NCBI GenBank assembly: GCA_021613535.1
Contig: CP075493.1
Span: 9,238,001 to 9,302,000 of the forward strand
Direction: 5' to 3'
Length of the DNA: 64,000 nt
DNA from: Adineta vaga
Taxonomy: Eukaryota; Animalia; Rotifera
Shown piece after piece: positions 26,901 to 43,736 of the stretch; position 1 is the first letter of the stretch; every line of letters begins with the position of its first letter. Below the pieces are notes generated by a model. The model did no database searches. It saw nothing but the letters and a program-made list of their open reading frames with translations, and was not told the DNA's origin. The translations under genes and the position numbers were made by a program.

Positions 26901-27997
26901 ATTCGACATATTCTTTCCGTTTTAGTATCATCAAGAAAAATCCCATGGACAACTTGTTGTGTCTTTGTACGAATGTAATAAATGTTCATATCGTACGATG
27001 AATCTTAATTATGCTAAACAACATATTTATCTTCATCAATCAAAAGATTATGAGAGACAAACATTCTTTTATTGTTCATTTTGTGGTTATAATCATCGAT
27101 TGCGAACGAAAATTATCGTACATATTGCCAAGAATCATCCAAAACGAAATTCTTCCAATTGTTTAATATCTTGTAATGTAAGTTAAGTTTTGAAATTAAT
27201 AATTTTCTTCTTAAAAATTTCTTTTATATATTAGTATGAATTTGATGCGGATTTTTCCATTCAGCAAACACCTTTAAAAAGATCATTTATCGAACAACAA
27301 CTGAAAAAACCGAAGCTTTTTCATTGTCTTCATTGTCCATATATATCAGCAACGATTGTCGAACATAATCAACATCGATTGTATCATCAAGACAATTCAT
27401 TGTATTCGTACAAATGTCAACATTGTTCATTTGCATCGAATTCTCCGATTTATACGGTAAGTTACTTGTTCTATAATTTAAAATCATTTCCATTTATGTT
27501 TGCTCTCTAGAAGCAACATATGCTATTGCATTCAAAATCAATTCGATCGATATCATCAAATATTGATACGAAAAATTTGAAATATATATGTAAGAATATT
27601 TCATTAACGACAAGTTTCATTTTGATTTTGATCGTTATTTTTTGTTAAAGCTGTCTCGACAATTTATAAAGAAATTCTCGGTAAACCTCTCGTTATAATT
27701 GTCCATTTTGTAACAAATTTTCGTCAAGTTATTCATCGACAATACTCAATCATGTTAAGGTTTGAATAAATATGTTTATACAGTCTGTCAGAATAATTCT
27801 TTGTTTTTTTTTGATAGAATATTCATGGTACGAACAGTAAGCAATTTGATGATAGCTTAATTATTGGTGCAGAATTAGTAAAAGAAATCCTTTTCATCGG
27901 AGGTATAGTAAAGAAATCGAATGTAGATAACTTTGTAAAGAAAAGTTTATTTTCTAGAATCAATAATCAATAATCATTGAATGAAAACATGTCGTAA
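23930..27997 (+). CDS. Large multi-exon C2H2 zinc-finger protein (likely transcription factor)
   Basis: More than 10 CxxC...H...H fingers (CPEC, CRIC, CKYC, CPHC, CSIC, CSLC, CPYC, CMDC, CNKC, CSFC, CLHC, CQHC) across many exons joined by ~50-65 nt introns. Confidence 0.9.
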
Positions 27998-28439
27998 TTC
28001 AAATTCATTTTGTTTTCTCTGTGTCAGATGTCTATTAGTTTCGTTTTCCAGTTCAATCGTCATGGATCTGTCGAACTCTATTTAATCCCATTACGAATTT
28101 CATGTATATTTGACTTTATGTGAACATTGTTGTGTGTTTTTTTAGCAAAATATTCATCTACTACTGCATTCAACTATATATCTGCGTATCTAATCAGTTG
28201 TGTATTGGACACATAAGAAAATCTATTCGTTTCATTGCAATAGTACAAATTGTGTTGTTTATTTCTCCTCTATTTTTGCTATTCATCTATTCCTCTCTAT
28301 TTACATCAACATTATACATCTCATTGTCATTTTGATGTATTTATATTTGTTCTTGTCTTTGTGTTTGAAATAATTCATAAATCAATAAAATAAATATGTT
28401 CTACAGTGGAGAAGAATTATAAAAGATAAATTTTATTCT

Positions 28440-29979
28440 CTAGAATTTACAATTATCAGGAGGCATGAACATTGTTCGTTGTCGTTCTTGACGTTTTTCT
28501 TGTAAACCAGAAAAGAATGTTGTTACATCTTGAGCTGTCAAGACACCATCACCGTTTGCTTTGTCGCGAAGAAAATCACCTAACGTTTTCTTAAATTCAT
28601 TGATACCACGTAAAACTTCCAGTTTTTGTACATGACCAAGATTTTCTAATGAATCAGCAAGAATTTTATCACCATCAAGATTTTCACTTTTAGCTAGAGC
28701 TTGTTTTTCATATTCTTGTATAGAATCAGCATCATCAAATACAGGCGTTAAATTCATTTCATCATACAATTTCTATGAACATTCAATCGAATAGATTGCA
28801 ATTTTCAAATAAAGAAAATTCATCGAACTTACAGAACATTGTTCACAACGACATAGTCGTCGTCTCCATCCATCTCGTAAAAAGATAGTATGAAATTCAT
28901 TATTCTCCTTATTCGATGAAAGTATACATGACGCATTGTTACTGGCAGCTATTTCAAAAAGATGATGATGAACTGTAATAAGATAATTCACAAATAAAAT
29001 CTTACATGTATTATTTTCTGTCAAAGGTGTAATCGCACCTTGAGTTTCTAGATGAGTACATAAGTTAATTAATGTCATATAGCTCTAGTTTTTTCTTACC
29101 ATCATAATGAGCTAAGAATGGATGTTTCATTACACATGCTTGACAGATCATATCCATTTGATTACTTTCATTTTCTTCCATTGGTAATGGAACACCCAAA
29201 TGCTAGAGATAAAATTTTTATAATGAAAGCATATAGATAGCTAAATTTTACTTGACTATGAAACCAATCTTCACAAATAATACATTGAATCATTTCATCA
29301 TCCGATGTCTAAAATAATGCAATTCTCACCTACGTTAAAATCATATTTAGATACGAACTGTTGATTCTTTATCTGGATATGGACGTTTGCATGTACAATA
29401 AATGCCTCGAAAATTATCATCATATTTATTCAATATATTTTCGGAATCTTTATTCTAAAAATCATATGAAAATTAAAGTGTTTACGAAAAATATTTCTCT
29501 CCTTTACTGGATAAAGTTTACATGGTTGATCATTTAATTTCGTATTTCCACAATCACATCGAAAAAACCTAAGAAGAACTATTCCAAATAATTCTCTGTC
29601 ACTAGAAAAACAAAACCTGCAATCTATTTACCGTTTTGTATATAATTCATTGACGTCATGATTTGCATGGCAATGATATGCACATGCTGCACATATACCA
29701 GATAATTGTTCATTATTACGACATGTCGTACAAGTGAATAAAGCTTGTCGTCTAACATATCCCTGAAAAAAAAACAAAGGAAACTTTCTAATTTTTCTCT
29801 CCAAAAAATAGAGACTATATGTGTACTTGTGAATATGTACATGTATCCACATCACAATTTCCATAGAGTGCTCGTTCACGATCTAATTCTTCTTCTTCAT
29901 CTTCAATTTGTTCAAGTAATTCACTACAAGTAACAGTTGGTTCTTCTCCTTCGTTCGTAGTGATATGATCAGATGACAT
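28440..29979 (-). CDS. UBR7: E3 ubiquitin ligase UBR7 (UBR box + PHD)
   Basis: CTYSQGYVRRQALFTC, CAYHCHANHDVNELYTKRFFRCDCG, YCTCKRPYPD, MIQCIICEDWFH, WRRRLCRCEQC. Confidence 0.93.
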
Positions 29980-30700
29980 CAGTTTTCTTCTCGAATATTC
30001 AATCTAGAATTATAGCAGTTGTTTCAAAATCATCTCTAACAAATATCCTTCATCTATCTACTGGTAGAAAAGAGAAAGGAATAAACCATGAGCCTGTTTG
30101 TGAATTTCGAAAGAGAAAGGAGAACATCTGATTGTGTATCTGTTCTTTGTTAGACTGACCACATAATGGAGATTGATGGAAATTCTTTTCGTTATGAAAA
30201 ATCGAATAGATTTAAGTATAAACAATGATCTTTTCGAAATATTTTAACGAATATTCATCTACACTTGTTGTCCGATATCGACATCTACCAAAAACCCTAT
30301 TTTTAAGATTTTCGTCTTTCATTTTTGCTTTCTCTTGGCAATTCGATTACATCATCACCATCATCATCGTATGACTTTTTGATTCTTAAAGTGTCTTCTT
30401 CACATCGATTTAATCGTTCGAATATTTGAGAAAAAAAATCTTCAAACAAAAGAGAAAGGATCGAATAACCTTCCTTCTTTTTTTATCATTGAACAAAGGT
30501 CACTTCGTCGCTGATATCATTCGCATTCTTATGAAAGAAATCTTACTGAACATTCGTTTGTCATAATCACATCGTTAGTTATTCGATCTGAAAAGAAGTA
30601 ATTCGAGATTAGAGAACAAAGGAGGAGGGGGAAAAAGAGAACTTGCCGACAAAAAAAAAGTTCATTCATTTTCATCAGTTCATTCGATGCGATAATCAAT

Positions 30701-31644
30701 ATGAATAATCATCGTCTATTCCATAATCTTAGTCTTTTTTTAATCATAACATATCTTATATCATCAACATCAGCTGAATGTAATGGACATTCAGGTCAAG
30801 ATGATATTCCATTTAGTGAGAAAGTAAAGGAATCTCCAATTATTGTCATTGGAACATCATTGAATAAAAATATTGACTTTCATATTTCGAATTTATTCAA
30901 TGTAACGTTTCTTGTTCAATGTATTTTAAAAGGTCGACCAACTCAACGTATTGTCCATATCGTTCAAGCAGGTATACATGTTCTTTCTTTTCTTGTTGTG
31001 ATATGAAAGTTTATATCTGTATATCATTTAGGTACGCTTCTTGGCCGTCGTTCATGTCAAAGATTGGATGTTAATCGAGAGTATCTTGTTTTTCTCGAGC
31101 CATTTTTCGATGGAACCTATCGACCAGTTGATCTAGAAGATATTCCATATACTAATCAAGTAAATTTGTTACTTGCAACAACATGTGGTCTATCACGAAC
31201 TTATCCATTCACTGAATCGAATGATAATGAAGCACTTTCAACGAACAAATGTCCATCTGCTGTTTCAGTGGACTGTTTATCAGGTATGTTTTGTAATGAA
31301 TCTCTTTTTTGATACTATTTAATTTGATATTTATAGGAACATCAAAAGCTTCTGTGAAAACAACGAAAAACTCAGCAGCAACTACTAGTTCATCAACGAC
31401 TACATCAATGAATCTCGATACGTTTACAAAGGTGCCAATTGATTTAGAAGCGTTATCACTTCTTCTCGCTGAACATCCATACCAAAACTTGAGTTTTCCT
31501 TTTTTACAAAATCAAAATCAAAATCATAAATCACTTTTTTCGGATGATGAAACACGAAAAAATCAAGCTGATCATGTTTCAGCGATACTTATTCCTAGTT
31601 TTATTCAAATCATTTTTTGTAGTATTCTTCATCGTTTTCTGTAG
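30701..31644 (+). CDS. Secreted NtA (agrin N-terminal/TIMP-like OB fold) domain protein with GPI-type C-terminus, paralog 1
   Basis: Signal peptide; C...FSEKVKESPIIVIG...VQCILKG...AG...CQ...YLVFL pattern; Ser/Thr stalk; hydrophobic tail; introns ~30972-31031 and ~31284-31337. Confidence 0.75.
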
Positions 31645-32359
31645 ATGATGTGCTTTTCAATTTCAATATTCATTTCACATAATAATTTTCCTCGCGCTTT
31701 TTATTTCTACAGAAAAAGGAAGCAACTAAAGATGGCTCTCAGAATAACAATTTGTACTCAAACATTCTATATAATGATGATGATGATGATGACATAGAAC
31801 AAATTTGTATACATGATGATCAATTGATGAGGTGTCAGTATGAAAATAATTTATCATAGTTATGATTGTTTGTATGAACGTATTGAACAAGAACAAAATA
31901 GAGAAAAATACGTAAGAAAGCTGCGCTTAAATGCAAAACATGAATGGTATATGACTGTATTGAAATAATGAGATAATCTAACAAGCAAATTAAAAATGTT
32001 TGAGAAGAAATCAACAGTTATATTTTAATCCTATTGTATTGAAATTTTGTCATCTACGATTTCTAATGCACAAGACAACTTGTTTTTATATGTGTCATCG
32101 TTAGCAAATGATTTAGTTATCGCTTTTTTTTCTGATGAAATATCGATCATTCACGTATTGAATACATTTCGACATAGAAAGGATAGAAGAAACAAAAAAG
32201 GAATTGCTTCTCTATCATTTCATTCATATCGTCCATGTTGTTCACGAAAAGAAAAATACATATCGGACGTGCATTCTTTCTTCGTTCCATTCGTAATATA
32301 TAAACACACATACATACATCATTTCAACTTTGTTAAACAATACGTCAGCTTAGTGCATC

Positions 32360-33139
32360 ATGTTTAATATTAGTACAATATTTCTTCTTATTTCAATTGC
32401 TATCTGGAATGTAAATGCAATACGTAATCGAGATTGTCATCCAGATGATATTAGCTTTGCAAACAAAGTAGCCAATTCATCATTTGTTGTGTATGGAAAA
32501 CCAACTGCAAAAACATTATATAATGATAGTGATGCCATGTTTTATGGAACTTTTCGTGTTGATTGCATCCTTAAAGGTTCACCCATTGATAATGTCATTC
32601 AAATCATGAAAGCTGGTAAATTTTATTTTAAACAAAATATTCTACGAATAATATCTGTATTGTCATTTAATTTAGGTCGAGTCGATGGCAAAACATATTG
32701 TCAAGATTTATCCGTTGGTCGAGATTATGTCATCGCTTTTCTTAAACAAGATCCATTACAGAAAAACAATACAAACACCTTTGTTCCAATGGATTTTGCA
32801 GATATGCCTGTGGAAGGCAATGCAACAAGTCAATTACTAGCTGATACTTGCAATCTTCAACAAATTCTTCCAATTAGATCAAGTGCTTTAATTAATGATA
32901 TTTGTCCAGTAGTTTCAACTCATACACACTGTACTCCTTCAACAATGAAAACTAATTTTGATTCTGCTACTACTGGTTCAGGATCAATCATAGTTCCCGG
33001 TCAATATCATAATTTAACAGATGGTATTCGAAGTAAATCAGGTACAGCTCTAGTTGATGTTGACATCAACAAGGCAAGTAATATGAGAAGTATAAATATT
33101 TTTCTTATCTTCATGGCTATTTTGGTTCCATTGTATTAA
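32360..33139 (+). CDS. Secreted NtA domain protein with GPI-type C-terminus, paralog 2
   Basis: Same pattern (DDISFANKVANSSFVVYG...VDCILKG...KAG...CQ...YVIAFL...TCNL...CP.VS..C); an in-frame 60-nt intron ~32616-32675 lies at the same position as in paralog 1. Confidence 0.75.
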   Translation: MFNISTIFLLISIAIWNVNAIRNRDCHPDDISFANKVANSSFVVYGKPTAKTLYNDSDAMFYGTFRVDCILKGSPIDNVIQIMKAGKFYFKQNILRIISVLSFNLGRVDGKTYCQDLSVGRDYVIAFLKQDPLQKNNTNTFVPMDFADMPVEGNATSQLLADTCNLQQILPIRSSALINDICPVVSTHTHCTPSTMKTNFDSATTGSGSIIVPGQYHNLTDGIRSKSGTALVDVDINKASNMRSINIFLIFMAILVPLY

Positions 33140-33664
33140 TCTCTCAAAAAGTAAGAATCTATTTTTTTGTTCATAGATATGAAAAAGAAAAATTTTTTTC
33201 CTCTGGTATTGTTCCCAATATTTGTTCTACATGTGTTAATATTTCTCGAAAATATCGAAATAAATAAAAATTGAAGTTCAATTTGTTACCATAAACATAT
33301 TGATTTATCTAATGCATGAAAGTTTATAACAGACAGTAGTGTGTTGTTCAGATAGATATTTATATTGATGATCAATCGCGACACCTGCATTATTAAGGAG
33401 TGGTAAACGATTGTCTCCAATGATACAGGTTTATTTCGTTAACAGCTGATCAACTGCGTTACAATAGTAAATATACTACTGAGCAAAAGGAAAGCAAAAA
33501 GGTAAAACATTTACATTTTTTTGTGAAAACATACTCTTTTTTCACATACAAGAAGTACAAAGTTTAATTTTCAAACGTAACAGGTAAATCTCGTGATATA
33601 TTAATATTTTACTACGCTTATTCCTACGATAACGTCAAAAACAGTAAAAACAATCTAATTGACA

Positions 33665-34812
33665 ATGCATCTTGATAAAAATGAACCAACAACCGAAACA
33701 AGAATAGAAACTCAAGATTTAGTATGTCCAATTTGCATGAGTAAGATCAAGAGTTTTGAATGTTTTATCAGGCTTTTGTTTTGATTATAAAAGGTATAGC
33801 TGGTGATCCACAAATAACATCATGTTGTCATCGGATATTTTGTATAAAACATGCCGATCTGAATCAATATCATAATGGTTGTCCATTGTGTCGTGAAAGA
33901 GATTTTAAGTTTAAACCTTCACCTAAACATAAAGAAATGCTCGGACAACTTACTATTCAATGTGCTTGTTCAGAATATATTGCTCCCGATGATTATGAAA
34001 ATCATCTTGATCGATGTTTAAATACAACATTCACTTGTCCACATAGTGCTTGTCGCGAGAAAGTAAATCATCTCTTGTTTTTATTCGCGTATTTTTTTCT
34101 TTCTATTGAATAGAATAATGAAACAAAGTATAATTCTCAAGAACTTATCAATCATTTGGCTCGATATCATTGTAATGAAGTTCCTTTACTTGGTAAAACT
34201 TATGTAGAGAAAAAATCTGTTAAATCTTATCGAAAAGCATCAAAAAAATATGACGATCTTGTTTCTACATTATACAATGTAATTTATCCTAAAATGATCA
34301 AAGTAGAATTGAAAAATTCTCTAACAAATCAACAAAAAAATTCATCGATATTCAAATGTCCACAAGGACATCCATTAATTGAAGCTGATCATGCTCAACG
34401 TAAACGTCGAAATGGTACAGTTTATTCTTCTGCTGGCTTTAATTGTGATATATGTCATCATGTTTTTACTCAAGGATCATCATGGCATTGCTCATGTTCG
34501 AATAGTGGTTTTGATAAATGTATCGCTTGCTTCGTTTTTCAATTATACAATCTTGATGATCCAAATTTAAAATTAGCAAATGAGAGTAGAGAAAAACAAC
34601 AACAACATTCAAGGCAACGAACTCTTCGAGAGACTGTACGTTCATCACGTCAATTATTTCAACTTTTATCTGAAAATATCAGTGATGACGATACAGATTA
34701 TGATGATGATGATCAGATCAATTATGCATTATTGGGATCAAGATTATCTCAACCATTATTTTTATCGCGACAAAATACGACTGATACAGGAAATAATGAA
34801 ACGAATCTTTGA
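33665..34812 (+). CDS. RING + TRAF-type zinc finger + ZZ-like zinc finger protein (putative E3 ligase)
   Basis: Spliced RING CPIC...CCHRIFC..H...CPLCR; IQCAC...HLDRC...CPHSAC; CPQGHPL...CDIC...WHCSC...FDKCIAC; two short introns. Confidence 0.8.
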
Positions 34813-35048
34813 GAAAATCAGAACAGTACTTTCAACAAATACATCTATTGTAGACTTCTGTATATCATATTCATAATAATAAATATCAATAAATACATTT
34901 CTCCGATATAGAACATAATGTCGGTTTTATTTATACTGTTTACAAAAATACATTAGGATCAGTATGAACAACAAAATATAGATGAAATTCATTGATAAAA
35001 AAAGAGATTAGCTTGATTAATATCTAGTTAATGAAGTAGTGTTCTAGA

Positions 35049-36296
35049 TCATTTGAATAGTTTCGTTAGATCTTCACTAGCTGCTTTGATTGTTGGATAT
35101 TTAAATGTATAACCAGATTGTAATGTAGCTTTGGGTACTACTTTTTGACCACTTGTTACTACTAGTCCTCGTTCAGGACCAAGAAGAGTATTCATAAGAA
35201 AAGCAGGAATTGGAAATATAGCTAAACGTGGTGGACTAAATGCACGTGCAAATGTTTGAGAAAATTCTTTATTATTGATTAATTCTGGTGTACAAGCATT
35301 TAGAACACCATGAACGTGACTATTTTGAATAGCATGTATGATTAATAAGCAGACATCATCAACATGAATCCATGGAAATGGTTGTTGACCATTCCCAATT
35401 GGACCTAGGAAAAGTTTTTTGAAGATAGGGCAAAAAAGAATTGTTTTGATTGGATATGTTTACCTCCTACACTGAAGAAAAATGGCCAATACATTGATTG
35501 AATCATACCACCTGTCGAACCAAGTACTGCGCCTAGATTTCAAAATTATGCGACTGTCATTCTCGACGTGAACATACCAGAACGTAGAATAACTCTTCTA
35601 ACATTCGATTTCGTTTCAATTGGTTCTGATGCTTGTTCCCAATCTCTTGCTAATCGTGATATAAAATCAAAATCACCACCTTCCGATGATTCTGTATATT
35701 CTTTCACTGGATCTGGTTTATAATAACCTTTTGAGAAATATAGATTACAATAGAATCATAAGAAGAGTTTTTGCGAAAAAGAAAGAAAGAAAGAAAGAAA
35801 AACTTACCAACACCAGACATAGATACATAGACTTCTGGTTTATCTTCTTTTAAATCTTGAACAAAATCAACAAATGTTTTCGTTGTACCAATTCGACTTT
35901 GAACAACTTCATTTTTATATGCATCTGTCCAACGTTGAAAACTGATTAAAGGTGCACCAGCTAAATTTACAATAGCCTTGATTGGTTTTACTGTTTGAAC
36001 AATATTTCCACTTCGAATATCATCCTACAAATGCATTCACAATCGTAAGTAATATTTCGAATAGAAAATCTAATTGTTCATTTCTTCTACGAAAGAGTAT
36101 TCATTCAATATACCCATGTTAATGTGTTGCCTTTTCCATCTGATTTTCGTGATACAATCCAAATGTTTTGAAAACCTTTCTCTCGTAATAATTGTGCCAA
36201 TCGTTGTCCAATAAAACCTTTTCCTCCTCCTAAAATCGCAGAAAGTTATCAGTTTATCCTTCATCTTCATTCTTTCTCACCGATAATAACACTCAT
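35049..36296 (-). CDS. SDR39U1: Epimerase family protein SDR39U1 (TIGR01777 type)
   Basis: Spliced MSVIIGGGKGFIG, VNLAGA, SRIGTT, SGVGYY, LRSGAVLG, GGPIGNGQQPFPWIHVDD, GQKVVPK, GYTFKYP. Confidence 0.92.
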
Positions 36297-36583
36297 CTAA
36301 AACAACAATGAACTCAATATTGTTTACTTATTGATCACATATGTATTAAAAACAAAAGAAAAAAACGGAGTATGTTTTTGTCTGCAAATGGAATATTAAT
36401 TTCATATTCATATAAAAAACGTTGGTTCTTGTTTGTTTTTTTAGAAAAGAAAAAGAATTCTACGAACAAAACAATTCAGTCTTAAGAATAAATGACAGGA
36501 AAACATGCACAATCAAAGTTAGAATAAATATGTATATGTGTTGAGAGAAAGAGAGAGAGAGATAGAATGAAAAAGAAGAAAAA

Positions 36584-40149
<3,566 letters not shown>

Positions 40150-40487
40150 GTCTCAAATTATCTAATAAAAGTCAAAAAAATAAGAATAAAAATATCGCAG
40201 TCTCTATGACTCATACAATATCTTGGTTTTTGTTTGCCATGTTGTTACTCGCTGAACTTAATTTCATCGAAAAAAAAGAGGTCGCTTTTCTATGTTGTTT
40301 TTATGCATATGAAATCAAAATTGATTTTCATTTATTCTTTTCACTTCCATATTTAAATAAGAATTTTCATCAAAAAGATTTTCTAAATAAATATTTATTT
40401 CAATTGGTTAAATCAAATGAGAATCTAATGTGTGTATCTGTTCGATGTATCAATCGATAAATATAATCATTCATTGATTAGAAGAAA

Positions 40488-43400
40488 ATGGATGATGAAC
40501 AAGCAACAACTCCAACATCTGATTCAACAAATAAAACGATCTTAGAGATTGATTCCCGAACAAAAAAAGCCTATCAGTTTAAGACAAGTGTTCTTGAACG
40601 TTTACGCGAACAGCGAAATTCTCGAGAATTTTGTGATCTAGTTCTTTGTGCAGAAAATGAAAAATTCAATGTACATAAGTAAGAAACAACGATCTTCCTA
40701 TCATGACTTTGATACATATTCTTAATCTTATATTCTAGATGTGTACTCGTTGCTAGTTCGGATTATTTCGAAGCAATGATAAGTCGGAGTGGAATGCAAG
40801 AAGCAACGGCTGGTAAAAAACAAAATATTTACTCTATTTCTTTTATCATAGTTTATCTTTTGTCTCGATTCTAGATACAATTGAATTGAAAGACATCACG
40901 GCAAATGGTTTACGAGCTGTATTAGATTTTATTTATACTGGGGAATTGTCATTAAGTATTGAAAATATTGGTATGTTTGTTTAACAGTATTGCAAAGGTT
41001 TCCCAAGTATGTCGAATTAGTCGATGATGAATCCTTCGAAAATTTTCTAATATCTATGGACGAAAAAGTTTCGAAGGTTGTTTGAAACATACATGTAGTG
41101 TGTGAGAGAGAGAGAGAGAGATAATTTTTATTTACTTTTAAAACATTGAATTAACTGTAAATCTGAGATATTCGAGTGTGTTTTGACACAATTTTCATAT
41201 GAAAATGTGTCCCATAAAATATTTATGTTTTTAATCATAATTATCGATGATTGATGAACATTAATAACACACTTGTCTATGACTTAATGAACCGTATATA
41301 CAATGACAGATCTTCATATACGTATTGAATAAATGAAATTACCGTAGATATTTTGAAAGATATCTTTTTTTAGCCGAAGTTCTCCGTGCAGTAACACATC
41401 TTCAAGTTCATCATGCAATCAAACTTTGTGAAGATTTCTTAATTGAAGAAACAACAGTAGAAAATTGTATTGATGTACTCAGTTTGGCTGATTTATTTTC
41501 TATTCCTGTCCTAGAAAAGGTTTGTTTCTATTTCATACTTTCAAATTAATTCACTTTTTTTCCTCTTTTATTCAACAGATCAATAAATTTGTCTTACGAA
41601 ATTTTGCAAAAGTAGCACTTAATGAAGGTTTCAAACGAGTTACATACGAACAGATACTTTATTTAATTCGTTCAAATGAATTTCGTCTCTATCCAGAAAT
41701 CAAAGTTTTCGATATGTGTGTTGAATGGTTAAAATTCGATGAAGAACATCGAATGATTTATGCAAGTTCATTAATGGAACATGTACGTTTTCAAACAATG
41801 AAACCGGAAGAATTTCATGATTTAGTTATGTCACATGATTTTATGAAAGCTGATCCTAATTGTGTTCATTTTGCTTTTGAAGCATATGCTTATTTTGCTC
41901 TACCAAACCGACAATATTGTTCAACTTCATCACGAAGTAAAATACGAAATGAAGCAAGTCTCGTTTGTGTCAATGAATCTATGTATATATTAAATAAACA
42001 TGATGATGTTTGGGAATATATGTGTAATTCATTAGCAACATGGAGAACTTTATCACAAAAATTTGTTGTTGTCAATAATTTTCTTTATGCATGTGGTGGC
42101 TATTCAGAAAATAATCGAGAAACAACGAATGCATGTTATCGATTCGATCCAAGAACTGGTCTATGGTCAGAAATTGCAAGACTTTGTGAAAAAAGACAAT
42201 TTTTTTCATTAGCTGGGTAAGTTAAAAATTCAATTATGTGATTTAAACACACAACAGAGAGATACGAGTAGTTAATAAGTTACTGTTCATGTGTAGTCGT
42301 AATTATAACACTTATATAGAAAACAAAATGAAAAACTATATTAGCGTAAAAAGTATTTCCAGATCCGGATGTGTATCATTTCTCTTCAATGATTTTTAAA
42401 CGCATTGAAGTATAAAGTGATGTTTTACGAATTAATATTGTTAATTTTTTATTTAATCAATATTTCACATTTGTTCTGTTTTTTTTTCAAGTTCAAATGA
42501 ATGTTTAGTTGCTGTTGGTGGGTAAGTTTTTAAAATCTTGTTTACTTTTCTTTATTTAACATAAAATCTTTCATTCTAAAAGTGTTTATGGTGATAAAGG
42601 CAATTTTTATGCGACACATCCATGTTCAACAGCAATTGAAGTTTACAATATTGAAAAAGATCAATGGCGAACATTAGCATGTACAGATTTACCAATTCTT
42701 AAATGGCCTGGAGCTTGTGTTGCAGGAAATTTTGCATTTGTTATTGGTGGAAAACATACCGATGGTAAAAAAAATCTATTCAAAAGACTTTTCTTTTATT
42801 GTTTGTTTGTTTCTTTCTTTCAGGACTTAATCATCGTCTTTCAGAAAATTCTTATATGGTTGATTTAGAATCTGGACAAGTAACCATATGTGCTGCACCA
42901 TTAACTGTACGATTTAATCCTACTGTATTCTATCAAAATAAACGTCTGATTTTATTCGGTGGTGAAGATGATAAATATCGTCTTGCACCTTGTATTGAAA
43001 TGTATGATTTGACAACAAATCAATGGACAGAAATAGCTACAATACCTGTTTCACATTCATATCAATGTATATCAAGTTCATCAATTATGGGAGATAAGAT
43101 TCATTATTTATTAGAAGAACATGACGGTATGAATTTATATTCAAGATTAAAATAATGAATAAAAATATATTTCGTTTATATAGGTCCTTCCAGTGAATCC
43201 TATATTCTTAAATCATCTTATTTTGATATTGAAAAACGTACATTTGAACGTAGTGTACAATTACCACATCCATCAACATTAGCAAGTAAATGGTGTTCAC
43301 TTGTTTTTCCTCAACAATTTCTTGATGGTTGTCAAACATTTGATAATAATGAATCACATCATCATCACCATCATCATCATCCACATTATCATCATTTTCC

Positions 43401-43554
43401 ATCTGAAAATGCTCCTCGACGTAGTCTTGGTGAAACATCTAGTGGAGGTGATATCTCTTCAAGTGGTACGAATAGTGCAAGTAATAGTCCAATGATCTAT
43501 CAACGACATCGATACTATCCAGAACATCATCATCATCGTACTTGTTCAAATTAA
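40488..43554 (+). CDS. Kelch-like protein (BTB-BACK-Kelch) with His-rich C-terminal tail
   Basis: BTB FCDLVLCAENEKFNVHKCVLVASSDYF, BACK (VFDMCVEWL, LMEHVRF), Kelch repeats (LYACGG..RFDPRTGLW, FVIGG, LFGG..YDLTTNQW). Confidence 0.92.
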
Positions 43555-43736
43555 AAAACAAATTCATCCTGCATTTCATATACGCTTTTCTCTTGATTTT
43601 AGTCGATTCGCTTTACGTGTACATATATATATATATATAAATATATTTGTTTGTCATTATTTTTAATGAAGGAAAAGAAAAGAAAACAATAATCTTGTAT
43701 TTTGATTGTTTCAGATTATAATACGCTTTTCAAAAC

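Noticed and set aside
30133-30147. TGTGTATCTGTTCTT resembling the U2 snRNA branch-pairing region
   Set aside because: Short imperfect match with no flanking U2 5' stem or Sm site.
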